Assembly: GCA_051294905.1 (NCBI GenBank)
Contig: CM119373.1
Coordinates: 2,420,001-2,484,000, forward strand
From: Botryllus schlosseri
Taxonomy: Eukaryota
DNA: 64,000 nucleotides
Reading direction: 5' to 3'
Position numbers and translations under genes: made by a program. Below the pieces are notes generated by a model. The model was not told the DNA's origin and did not search any database. It saw only the letters and a program-made list of their open reading frames with translations. Of the stretch, positions 51,237 through 64,000 are shown one piece after another. Numbering within the stretch: the first letter of the stretch is position 1; each line of letters begins with the position of its first letter.

Positions 51237-52303
51237 CAGGGCTGGATATAGGAAAATTAGGAACTTGGCGGGCCGGATTGCTGAATCGATACATTATTCG
51301 CCCATTCATCCATATATACAAGGAATAAATCGTATTTAATGAATGTAGCAATGTAGCTTCAAAGCCATTTCCCGCCAATAACGACGAAGATAGTGTGGAT
51401 TTGAGAACAGCATTGTAATACAGGCACCACCATGCCTGCTTCTCTCTGATCAATCAACACACGGTGCAATTCTTTATTAAGATTTCAAGGCGTTCGATAA
51501 GCCCGGTACCCAAAGTTTACCAAGATAATTAGGGTTTAGTACGTGACGAGATGGCGTGGTTTTTCATTATGTTCAACTATGTGGCCTAAATTTTATCTCT
51601 ATCTCGAATTCATGCGGTCCGCGGCTTCCACGAAATTTGAAAGTGGTCCCCGACCCGTTTTCAGTTGGCGACAACGGCATAAGCGGTGCCTTACAGAAGC
51701 CTAGAAGTGTTCCGTGCTACAAGTCGACGGTTACGGAATTAAAAATAAGAAATATAGGCCTGGTGTAAATGACCATTGTAGTCGACAAACACCATCATGA
51801 TCACCACAAATGACAATAGGGTGGAGTACATCGTAAATGCCGATAATGCAACAAGTCTTCTCGCTTCGACGAATTTACGCGTAAGCTCCACCCTCGCTCG
51901 CTGCGCAAGTGCGCATGCATGTGTATAAGCTTTTCGGAGTACAGAACTTCAATATTGCAGCAAACAATACGTTCATATTGTTAAATTTATTCCACTGGAA
52001 GCTTTTCGACTGGCTCTCTTCAGCAGTGAACGCCAGTAAATGAGATTAACCAAGTTCGAATTTGGTTAACCTCATTTACTGGCGTTCACTGCTGAAGAGA
52101 GCCAGTCGAAAAGCTTCCACTGGAATAAATTTAACAATATGAACGTATTGTTTGCTGCAACATTTGTATAATGACATACAGTCACTAAAATTTGACGTAG
52201 GCCTATGTAAGCAAGTAGTGGGGAATCTCGGAAGACTGGGGCCGCGGGCCACACTATCATGTAAGACGGAAAACTATCCGCGGGCCGGATTTACCCACCC
52301 CTG
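51237..52303. mobile_element. hAT MITE nested in 51021-52814
   Basis: cagggctgg...cccacccctg termini; perfect TSD GTGTAGAT; gcgggccgga subterminal motifs. Confidence 0.82.
51955..52160. repeat. 206-bp loopless palindrome
   Basis: 103-bp arms centred on TTC|GAA (52057/52058) with 3 mismatched pairs by my count. Confidence 0.95.
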
Positions 52304-53431
52304 GTGTAGATGATATAGATTTAGAATTGCTTTTGTAACTGAGTAGCTGAGACAGTCTGAAGATGATGACCTTTAAATGCTTAATGATTGATAGAAATTT
52401 GAAAGAAAAAACTTCAACATAACCGAGAGTTTATTGGTGAAAAACCTAAAAATTAGGTATATAAGTAGAGTCAGTTTCAAATGTAAAGAAACTATTCTCA
52501 CAATTTATATTTGAAATTCATGATATTTATTCACTTTCATATTATAGCACAAAAATCTTTATTTTACGATTTTGTATTCAGTTGGAAAAGGCCTGAAATA
52601 TTAGCAGGTATTAAAGTTGGATCCAGTGTAGTCGTAAGTAGTGGGTTTGGTGTCCTATGATAGTATCAACAATATCAAACTGGAATTCCTGGTGATTGAC
52701 AAACGGTCTCTGGGTAATGTTGCAACGTTATTAACGTTATTGAACAATTTGGTCCTTTTGGCCCCTTTTCGGCGCTGTTTGGCCCTTTTTCTCAAAAGAT
52801 GTCTGGGAACCCTGACCACACGGATTCACAATTTGATTACTGACTGGGCACATTCACCAGCAACCATGCAATGATGGCCAACACGGGCGTACCATCACAA
52901 ATCATATGTATGAGTTGACTGTTCGTCTTGACCTAAACGCATCCCATGAGACTGGCTTATGGAAACCTACCCTAGTGCTACATGGAACACCAAGTAAGAA
53001 CCGATGCTCAATACAATATAAATTTATGGTAATATTGTTCTATAACAGAATCATACTATAGGGCCGGCCCTAAGTTGCGCTATGCTAATTTCCAAACTGA
53101 ACTTATCAAGTCAACCAAACGAGAGTCACGCAGTTTCCTTTTATTCTTGCAAAATTAACAACGACATTTGACTCTACAATAGTGTAATTCAACATTTCGT
53201 GGCAATCCGGCCTCTTGTTTGTTGAAACCATGGAATATAATTGTTGGAGTCGTGCTCTATGCTGCTCCCTGTGACAGCTATATTGGTGTTATCTTGTGTT
53301 GAATTTGCCTGTTTGGTGTCCTGCCGATTCGACGGACGGACGATTAGTAAAGTATCCGCTGCAGATTTTGTGTTGTGAGTGATCAAACACAGGCGTCTTT
53401 AATGATGACGAGCACGCTAAAAACGTTTCTA

Positions 53432-55533
53432 CACTGTAAAAAATCTGGTAGATTTACTGGGAAATCTCTGTAAATTTTACAACGAATTACCAGTCGCAGC
53501 CAATAACTGTGCGTAGCTTGTAATTTTACATTTTGATATGTAATATTACCTTAGTTTAACTGTGAAATCAAGTTACCAGAATTTCTTCGCAAAATTACTG
53601 ACAGTTACTCGTAACTGCAGTTTACCAGGCTATTGGGAAGATTGATTAGCTTCATAATCGCTGCAGCCAATATATACGTGGAAATGAACGTTACTGATAT
53701 ATCATTCTCGTGGTGATTTGACTTGATTCAACCTCGTTCGCGATACTGGGATCTGTCATACGGAAATTGTTGGCCCTAGTACCAATTTCAGTATTATACA
53801 TAGTAGGGCACAAGAAACAACTGACAATCGTAGCTAATGTGATTACACCATAGCCATTATATTATAATATAAGGCTATATGGCTATACGACCATTCTCGC
53901 TGGTTACATTCGTTGGTACGGATAGGGCTGATAAGTTGGAAAATCAGTTTAGGATGTATAATATCGTTCGGGAAACTAGAAATATCAGCACCTCATGTTC
54001 AGTTGACCATTTGCTAATGGCGGACAAGGCGACCTGTAATAGGTTACAACAGGTTACCGTTACGCGTTACTGGTTTTCTGAGATTCGTAGTAAATAGCCA
54101 ACGCACAACTGTGACATCACAAGCAGCGTCGCGTTTAGTAAGTACGGTAAGTAGTGAACAACACTTGGGATAAATATCAATTTATACGAAATTAGATGGA
54201 AAAGAAAGGAACTATATGTAATGATAAATGTTTCTGTATGAAAGAGAAATAACCTAAGTCTTACATTATAACGTGTCCTGCAAATATTATTGGCGGCATG
54301 TCAGCGGATGAATACGACTTATTTCGAAATCGTTCGAGTGTCGTATCGTTGTCCGGCCATTATTGAGATTTGAGCAAAGGGTGGAGCGAAGCTTGTACTT
54401 GAAGAAAGTGGACACAATCGTGGACACGATCGTGGACGATTCCTAGGAACGCTGAATGGGATACGCATCGTAAAAGGTACAGTACGACATAGTATTTGTT
54501 ACCGTGACTATCTGCGACTGTGCAATGTGCACACCACTTTGATTTCATGATTGAAATATTTCATTCTCCGCATTCTCTGTTCTATTTTGGGATATCAGTC
54601 GACTTATAGAGTGACCTGTGACACCACATACTCCGCCGCCGAGGACTTGAAACTGTTAGCTTGTTTATGTCATTTTTGGGCCATAGCATAGAGATGTTTT
54701 CATCCACTGCTGGATTAGTTCGGCACACATGCCACATCAAATGAGGAACCTTTTGCTTCAATACATTAGATAGAGTAAGTCATGAATCTCTGCTACATCA
54801 TGTACAAGGCGGAGCCTTCATCACATATTGTACCAGTACCGGTACTTCAAAACATGTTACCGTATATTTTTGTTAGCCTATTTGTCTTAGTAGTCTTTAT
54901 AATGTCATGTCTAGGTTAGGAACTTTGCTTTATATAGCGACTTACTCATGAATTCTGTTTAGTGGAACTGCAAGATACTAGTTACACAGAAGGAATGAGG
55001 AAGAGAAAAAGAAACAATTGAAAGTTTGGCCGGTGATGGAATTAATTCACCTTTTCTTGCGACCACTCGTGTTACTGCATGTCTCCTAAAGAAGAATTCG
55101 ACCTCCAGCAGCAATACTTTTCCATCGATTACCACTTCATGGTGATATCATGAATGAATATACAGTTTGTTCCAATGTCGTTTTGGGAGTGTGAAGAAAA
55201 TTTTGCAATATTTAAGCATCGGGTTGCTTTGCGATAGGTATGGATGTATGTGAATTTACAAGCTGGTATGTAAGCCTGATTTACAGGGACAGCATGTAGG
55301 TAGGTAGGTAGGCGGTAAAATGACAGTCTCGGTCGCAAATGTACGGGAGAAAATGTAGATTGGGTATACCGGAGGGAACTGTAACATTACAGTCTGGCGT
55401 GTAAAGTGAGATTACCGGACGAGTGTAAGTTGAATTTGCATTGACTAACGGTGATGTTAGATTACCACGAAATGTCTGGCTACCGTGCTTCCAAACATTT
55501 CGCGGTAAATCGAGGTTTTTATTTTTTACAGTG
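53432..55533. mobile_element. Non-autonomous CACTG-ended element (EnSpm/CMC-like)
   Basis: TIR CACTGTAAAAAAT / ATTTTTTACAGTG flanked by TA on both sides. Confidence 0.7.
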
Positions 55534-56959
55534 TACGTTAATTCGGCTGAATTTGGAAGATTCCTGGATTGTGTTTTCATACATGGATTGGAAATCGATC
55601 ACGGCATTGCCTATCTGAACCGATTTACTAAACAGCTGTTCATCGATATGGGAAGTTTGAAGACTTCAGAGGTCGCTTCACTTCGAAAAGGCTGGTGTAG
55701 CTGTTGTGAGCGCGCGTGTGGTGGAATGGAGCTTGTGACTATCTAGGTTCGATGTTACGAAGTGGCTATGGGGCATGTGCATCCTTACTCAAATGCGACT
55801 GACAATGTCAAACTTTGAAGCTCGCTACTGGCGAGCACAATATATGCGTCTGTAGCAATAACTGTTCAATCGTCTGGTGATAAATTCCTAGTGAAAGACT
55901 ACAGACGTGAGAAGAATATTGATTCGAAATGTTTTTTCGTACACGGTTACATAATAATACATGGCTATGTAATACTTCTATCGTTTCGGTTTCGCCTTGT
56001 TTTTGCTGAGTGTAAGGCGAGTTACAATGTTGGCATTAAAAACCGAATAGTGAGGATCGGTAGTTCGGTACCTGTACAACTTATGCTCGAATTTGAAGGT
56101 GATTAAAGCTTTAATAGTGAATTCACAAAGTTTATTTGGGGATAATGCATTCTTGACGACACTTAACGTAACTGTAAAAAAGATTTATTGTCAGACACAA
56201 GCTGCCAAATTGCGAGTTAGAGTGATTGAGGGGGGACGTTGCTTGTTCACTTACGAAATGAATGTTTTTATGAACGTGATTGATTTTTTTTAATAAGGCC
56301 TTAATATGCAATTCAAAATCACAATTTGACTTCTTTCCATTATCATATTGAATTTTCATTTCTTTCTAATGTATATCTCCTTAATTTATATTCAATAACC
56401 AACAATGAAATTTTTCAGACTACTAGTTCGCGAAGAGGTAACAATACTTTTGCATAGCGCTCAGGACCACTGATAAAAATTGAAAATGAATCAAGGTAAT
56501 CACCGGGGTTGTTTAGAACTGGCCGATGTTCAAAAACTCATGGTTTTCAGTCCGTTCCCATGCCGCCTTAAAAACATATATGGGATACGTCAAAGGTATT
56601 ACCTCTGTCCACGAATAGTCGCTCCTACTACCCCGTTGCGATATGACGCTGCTGAAAGCGTTGTTGAAGAGCTTCTTGGAAGTATAGAACTTCAATATAC
56701 AATGAAATAATACATTCACATTGAAATAAACCCAATATTTTCGGATGACACTTATCAGGGGTAACCGTAACCAACTAATAGAGAATTGGAAATAACTTTG
56801 TACATCAACAATCGCATCATCAAATATGACGTCACCGGCTTGAAGTTTCGAAAGCGAATTGATCGCTTAAGTGCTGTTGTTTATTGAATGTCATGGTACT
56901 CATGGTTGTTCTTTCAACACTCTGTTGATACACGGCTCACTTTGTGCAGCAGTACTCCA

Positions 56960-58210
56960 TAGTATTGCATACAGAGCCGTAACAGCACTTCGCCAGCCTC
57001 CCCAAAACTTTGGTCTTGGGCCCCCCATACGGTTATAGACCGAACGTCTGGGGGGCTTAGCCCCCCAGACCCCACTCCGGCGATACACTGTTTACCACTA
57101 TTCATCATGTTCGTTGGGTGTTTCTTTAGTGACTCGGCCTTTGTCGCCTAAGCGCGCGAAGGGCGCAAAATTTCTAGAATTCATGATTTTATCGGTCAGT
57201 ATGATCGGGAATAGCATACATTGTTATCAAGTTTTATCTTCTCTCTGCTCACGTAATCAGATTAGCCGATAGAGCTGAGTGAGGTGTGTTTGAAAAGGTA
57301 GGAAAACTCAATAATAAATAAACATCTTCGGGCGTATACCCGTTGGCAGGAACAAAACAGCACCTCGTCAGGCCCCCAAAACGTGGGTCTTGCGCTCCCA
57401 TAGGGTGATAAAACGACCCCCCTCATCACGTTGTTCGCGTTTGTCACGAAATTACCCGTACTGTATTGTGAGCCAGCGCGAATCGCGAAAATATTGGATA
57501 ATTTATGATAAAATCGTTCAATCAGATCGGCGACTGCATATATAATATGCTATCAATTTATTGTCCTCTCTACTCACGTAGGTAGATTTACCGGTAGAGC
57601 TGAGTGAAGTGTCTTGAAAATGGGAGGGATCGTAAATAATGATTAAACATCTTCGGGCGGGCAGAACCGTTGATATGACTTCGTTACATGATGTTATTTC
57701 GTGACTTCCAGTCTGCTATATCAAAAAATATAGACCCGCCCAAACGTAGGCTTCTAAACTAAGAGAAGCACATGATTTCAAATTGGTATTTCTTCACTGG
57801 TTCAGATTGCAAAGACAGGAACATTCGGCGCCAGTCATGTAGACGCCTATGGACAATTAAACCTATATGTATTTTGTATATATAGCGAAGTCTTTGATCT
57901 GCATAAGGGCATAGCCCTTTTCGGCCAAGCTTTTCTCGCTGCCAATCGTTCTGGCACACTTCTTGGAGTCGCATGTTATATGGCCTAAAACTTGATTGTA
58001 TGTCTTGGTGGGTCGGGGCGCGGTAATGGCCCAATACCCAATAATAAAGATAAATGGCTACTTGAATTCGCGCAGGGCACGAAAATTTTTTGAAAAAATT
58101 GCATAAATTTTCAAAAAATACTCTATGATTTATGCTAATTCACGAAATAATTTCGGGCCCTTCATCGAGCTCGCCCCCCCAATTGGGGGGTTTGGGGTGC
58201 GGCAGTTACG
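56960..58210. repeat. Dispersed repeat also present inside the hAT elements at ~5380-6430 and ~11740-12480
   Basis: Collinear blocks such as cacgtaatcagatt, cttcttggagtcgcatgtt, gcgcggtaatggcc and tttatgctaattcacgaaataat. Confidence 0.8.
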
Positions 58211-61200
58211 GTGCTGATTGCATAAGGTGTAAAGTATGGCGTGCATTGTCGTTAGATTTCTGTCTCCATGATTTTGCAAAAATTGGGGTCCGCGAAAGTT
58301 TGCAAATTTGCGTAAGTTTTTCGCGGGTTAATACAGATGAGGAAAAACTACCATAGTTATACTGTGGCACAATTTGCATTTGCCTGGGGTTGAGGATTAT
58401 AATATTACATTGCGGGATCATGGGCCAGATTAGTACTTGGTAAGACATGGTCAGTAGTTGAGTTAAAGAAATTCGATACTGTGTAGAAAGTATCGCCAAT
58501 GAAGATGCCACAACCGTTGAATATATGACAGTCGATCTCGTGATCCTGATTTCAAAGTGCCTCTGTAATACAACTTCTTTAGAATCAATATGGATCATCA
58601 GACTAGTGCCGGTAAAGGACTCTACGAAGACGTATACACTGTTTTGGTGTACAATCGTTGCAAAACGCAGTCTTACGGAGACTGTGATAATTCATCACTT
58701 ACATTACATAGTAATTTGACCACATCCTACCATTTACCTGGCTCTGGACTCGCTGCGGAATGCAGTTTGAACCCAATTTGTAGGATTGCGAGACCATTGC
58801 TCCCTAACCAGTGAACCACGGCAGCTGTGCCAGAATTAGACTGGAGACTAAATCAGGGGTGGCCAACCTTTTTGACCAACGAGTCACGCACGGCTTTCCA
58901 AACCATTGCACGGGCCACTTTCTTATTGATGAAGTTTCGCTTAGAGCTCCGCTGACAGGACATCAAGAATCAGTGTACAATGTACATGTACATCAATTTT
59001 CTATCCGCGTGATGGACGGCACTATTTCAACGTGAACGAATGAATTACAGGTCAATAATATCAGTAGGCCTATACTTGCCTATATTGCATGTATTGCGGG
59101 TCCCATTTGTACCACAGCCCTCAGATTGCAATGGTAGGAGTATGCGACAGGTTTAAGCGATCATTTGGGCCAAAAGTTCATAACTGACGCTCCTTCTAGG
59201 ACTCACTCATGGAGTCGCATGTTTGGTGACATTTTATATTTCTTGGTAGGTCCTAACTCAATTTTGTATATTCGACGTATCTTCCAGGGTGGTTACTAAA
59301 GGCAAGAATTACAGAGGTACATAATCGCGCCAAGCGCGAAAAAAAATATAGGTGGATCAATCTGCCTCCAAATACTTAAGTTATGTTAATTTACAGATAT
59401 TTACGAAAATGTGGGGAGGAGGGCATCGCCCCTTTTGTCGTTCCTAGTTACGGCAATGCACCGAAACCTCTCCTTATTACGAATATCACATTAGTTTTGT
59501 CGGGTGGCTCTTCGTCAAAATATATTTATACCCCTACCCCCATATTTATATCCTTAAATATTTCACTTGGTAGTAAGAAAATCGTTGTTTTTTCTACGTG
59601 TTTACTGCACATAAATAGATAGCCCTAATGTCGTTCTCAGTCATTCTATCAATATTAACATGGCATGATGCTAAATATTTGTTTGTCAAAAAAGCAGTTT
59701 GTCAAGCCTAAAAATTGTACTCTAGTTCAACGGAGATACATATTCTCCTTTATCAAATGGTCATTCTACCAAGACTAAAGAGTAGTAAAAAACTACACAA
59801 TTTTTCCTTAAAAAGCATAAGTATACTATACTGATATGCGTCTTATTCCTTTTGACTGGTAAATGGATAATTTTCCGCTGAGTCAACAAAGTATAGGTAT
59901 ACCTAGTAACCCTATCAAACGAGAAGGCTAAATCTGGTATCTGGTATATTCGAATACCGATGAAAGATTCCAATTTCACATTAGAAAGGAGTTCACTGCA
60001 TGTATTTTCTCCTAAGATGTAGTCAATGAAACTTTTTAAATGATCCCAGAGCACCCAACTACAAATAGTTGGTCCGAAAATTCGTATTTGCATATCGAAA
60101 ACTTGAGCACAAACATGAGCATAAAAGTTCACTTCCTATTCATTCATCTAATATACTTCCTGATAATCTTGTTGATTAGCAAGGGGAGTTTTTCCAAGAC
60201 ACCAGAAAAACAAAAGAACGATATCAGGGCAGATGAGACGAACAATTGAACATATTATGGCAAACCATTGTCGGAACCTTTCGACAAACTGCACTAACAG
60301 GCAAAAATCGTACAAAAAATAATAGTGCTTTCAGATAAATTAATAATATTATATTCCAACTGACTATTTCAAAATTACAATAGGTGGTTGACGTAAAACT
60401 GATTGAATTAATGCCACGTTACTTGAGTATCTAGGTAAATATTGATATACATGACAGGATTATATTTATGTACATGATATCCGTGAAAGTATGTAACTAT
60501 GATAAATCTATTACCTTTAAGTATAGTGCTGTTGCTGTATTTTGATTTAAAAGAGTCTTTTGTGTGTAAAAATAACAAGTAGATTTAATTTCTAAACTTT
60601 ATAGTACGACTGAGCCGATTTTAAAATTTAGTCATTACCGCGAAAACGGGATGTTTTGGTCAAAATAGCCCCATGGGTTATCTCCTTAACAAGAGCGAAT
60701 TTGAAAAAAACTAAGGTCATATTCAGAATCAGTGCCCTTCAAAACCCCCAAAACCACTCTTACTTTGACTGCCTAAAAATATGTGTTGACCAGTGTAATT
60801 TATCTATCACACAAAATCAGAAATTTCGTCGTGCCTCGCGCGAAGTAGATATTGAGGGTCCAATATGTTTTCGCGAAATTGCTGGTCAGTATCATTTAGG
60901 TAACAGGTTCCTTTCATACCGTATTGTCGTCCATATGACATGTTTAATCACGGTCAATATGACTCGGTAAAATATTTGGAACTATCTAATCGTAACCTAG
61001 TATTCTAGCCGCACATCGGGTGTTCAAATAGGGAAAAAGTGGTACTTGACTTTTTACCGTTAGACCGTTGAGCGTCAACCACAGTTGAAACTGTATGGTC
61101 AAAATACCTGAAATATATTAACCTTTTAAAATTATTGCAGTAGTATTTTTTATGCACGGTATCGTTGCAGAGAAGTATTCTAATTAATCTGAATTAATTT

Positions 61201-61569
61201 TGTCTGGAGCACATTCACGTAGAAGTTTAAAAAATACGAAGTAAAATTAAATGCAAATTGTATTTTAGGGGTTACTATATCGTTATTTCACGAAGCAATC
61301 ATCACACAAAACGGCAATGTCATTTCTGATACAACTCGGTGTTGCTTTTCGCCTGAGCTACAAGCCTTATAATACAGCGGAGAGCACAACTCCATAACAT
61401 GTTATGATATGGAGCTGTCGGGCAAACAAAGTTAAGGGCCGCTTCTCCAAAACAAAACTATCATTTGCGTCCCAGGATACGGTCTAATTCTTATATGTGG
61501 ATAGCCTACTTTAGTAGTATATACGATCGGTCGCGAACTAGCGTGGGGTTCTTATGGGCCCGCTCGCAC

Positions 61570-61937
61570 GGTGCCTCGAAACTCGTGTTGGCACGGTGAC
61601 CCTTTTGACCCCCCCTATCTCTCGCACGGTGCCATTGTGTCTTATGGAGCCTCTCACACGGTAACCCTTTTCGGTATAGGCATCTCTCACACGGTGCCTC
61701 GAAAACTCGTGTTGGTGAGTCGTACTTTCGAGTATAGGCATCTCTCGCATGGTGTCATTGTGTCTTATGGAACCTCTCACACGGTAACCCTTTTCGGTAT
61801 AGGCATCTCTCACACGGTGCCTCGAAAACTCGTGTTGGTGAGTCGTACTTTCAAGTATAGGCATCTCTCGCACGGTGCCGTTGTGTCTTATGGAGCCTCT
61901 CACACGGTAACCCTTTTCGGTATAGGCATCTCTCGCG
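61570..61937. repeat. Minisatellite, 123-bp unit (about 3 copies) built from ctctcRcacggt sub-repeats
   Basis: ctcgcaYggtgYcRttgtgtcttatgg recurs at 61621, 61744 and 61867. Confidence 0.9.
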
Positions 61938-63389
61938 CGGTGTTGAATATGTACGAGTCACCAACAATAACCGCGCAAACGGAAACGTGGCTTGTTGTGA
62001 GGATTAAGCAGTGCGTGCGACAGACGGTGATTCGAATATCAACAATAGTCGCGTTCGCAAACTAACACTTCAAAAAGATGTGAAATATTTGTAAAATCCT
62101 ACGATCGCTCACAAGATACCACTTCCGGCAAATCGATCTATCACTCAATACACAACCGAAGTTGAATTGTAATTGAATGCGTAAATTTATCACCTCGACA
62201 TCAAAATTCGAAAACAACAACTTGACGCTTTATGTTCTCACTCTAATTTCATGATAAGTGTAATAAGTGCCGAATAACAGATACATCACCGGCGAGACTT
62301 GAATACCAACAAATTGTCACTTATTTCTATTCTAGCCGTAATCCTTTGTGAAGTTAACGCTTATTCAAAAAGGTGTGAAATAGTTTGCAAAACCCCGCGA
62401 TCACTGACAAGATAATGTCTCGGACATACCCATCTTTCGCGACTTGGTGTCATAGCCATACCGATCGCTCACGCGGTGAAATTTTAGTAATCAGTTTGTC
62501 ACAGAACTAGATTTCACTGGTAAGATTTAATAAATACCGACTATCAGAACCATCAGTGTGGGTAACTTGAATAGCAACAAATTGTCACTTATTTCCGACG
62601 AGAAATTCACTAAACCGCAGTACATTGTGTGATTTTGAAAAACAGATGTTTGCGCTTGCGTTTTGATATGTGCGACCCACTAACTACATCCGTTTTGCGA
62701 ACACGGCTTGTTGTGAGGATTACGCGCGCGCCCTATATTTCGAATGACCTGCGCGCTGAAGTGCGAAATAGTTTGCTAAATCTAGTAATCAGTCGCAAGG
62801 TGTTACTTTAGTAATTAGTTTACCATAGAACCGGCGTAGCCGGTGATTCGAATACCGACAAATTTTCACTTATTTCTGACCCAACCCTAATCCTCTGTGA
62901 AGTTGACGCTTATTCAAAAAGGTGTGAAATAATTGTAAAATCCTAATCCGAAACCGATTATTTTGACTTTGGCGTAGTGTGCATTGAAATAGGATTGACA
63001 AACATGACTAGCAACTTCCCCACAGTCCCGTTTCGATATTATACACACATTGATTTGAAACAAGTAATGTAACATTACAACTCTATTCCCGATCCAGCTT
63101 TCCGTTTGTCAAAGAGACATTTTAACATCTTACCATACTCAAAAGAATTATTCACAACATTAACAAGTGTTTAAAATCTAGTTTTCACTTACTTGGCTAT
63201 ATCAGTACAACTCGCAAACTTGAATTAATTCATCTGGTTGTATTCATAGGACCGATAATTTTTATCCAACTGTAAAGGTCGTTATACTATTCTGTAAGAC
63301 AGAGTATTTACTAATCGGTGCATATACGATTTGACTTGGTCATATTATATTTTGAGTATACGAGATTTGAGTGTCAGAACAATAACTGA

Positions 63390-63467
63390 GAATTAAATTA
63401 TCACAATTGAATCCATATACGACAGCGTGAATTAAATTATCACAATTGAATCCATATACGACAGCGT
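63390..63467. repeat. Perfect 39-bp tandem duplication
   Basis: gaattaaattatcacaattgaatccatatacgacagcgt x2. Confidence 0.9.
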
Positions 63468-64000
63468 AAAAGATATTGGGATGTCAGCATCTCTTTACGG
63501 TTATAGTTACAACCACATTACCTAATTTACCCGACCAACTCGTCATGATCATTCCCGAAATCAACACAAACATGACTACTGACTTGAGTCAACCACAAAA
63601 CAGCATCAAGTTTTAAATCCACTTGTAGCTTACGGCTTATTTGAATGCGGGTTATGTTTTGTTGTAATTGAGTGTACGGAAATAGTATTACGTCTCGACA
63701 TCTCACCATCTTACCATACTCAAAGAGTCAACCACGAAAACATTGTCAAGTAAATCCGTTTGTAACTTACCCAACCAACTCAAACAGTATCAGTATGAAA
63801 AACAGCCAAACATACACGAATCCATACAATCACTAAAACCTAAAATCCATAACAAGCTTGGTTGTATTCATATCCCTACACATCTTTTTTTATTCAGCTT
63901 CAAAAGTCGTTACTATTCTGTAAGATAGAGGAATTACTACGCGGTATATTCTGCAAGACAAACTAATTACTACTCGGTATATTTTGTAAGACAAAAGTAA

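Larger units (their letters stand above)
51021..52814. mobile_element. Non-autonomous hAT-like element
   Basis: agggttgccagat...atgtctgggaaccctg termini with ttggccc subterminal repeats; TSD degenerate. Confidence 0.65.

Noticed and set aside
61538..62065. ORFs of 121 aa (-) and 164 aa (+) with repeated peptides; superficially CRISPR-like periodicity
   Set aside because: Products of a 123-bp minisatellite; there are no unique spacers and no cas genes, and the context is eukaryotic.

Overview
AT-rich eukaryotic genomic DNA with spliceosomal GT-AG introns and dense DNA transposons; it looks like an invertebrate animal, but the taxon cannot be fixed from sequence alone. The first ~32 kb is almost entirely nested cut-and-paste elements: hAT elements and MITEs with 8-bp target-site duplications (TSDs), a near-intact Buster/SPIN-like hAT with a single nonsense codon, a decayed two-gene PIF/Harbinger element (transposase plus MADF-BESS), a piggyBac relic, fold-back elements and tRNA-like SINEs. 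The main host feature is a minus-strand multi-exon gene at ~32.7-51 kb. I assembled it by hand from 12 phase-consistent exons (4701 nt, 1566 aa, plus uncertain upstream exons). It predicts an unusual innate-immune/cell-death-type architecture: NACHT (Walker A K->R), short degenerate LRR-like region, ZU5/UPA-like, four tandem death-domain-like repeats, a second ZU5 with an HFS autoproteolysis-type motif, UPA-like, and a possible RHIM-like tail. All domain calls are by-eye motif recognition, not database hits.
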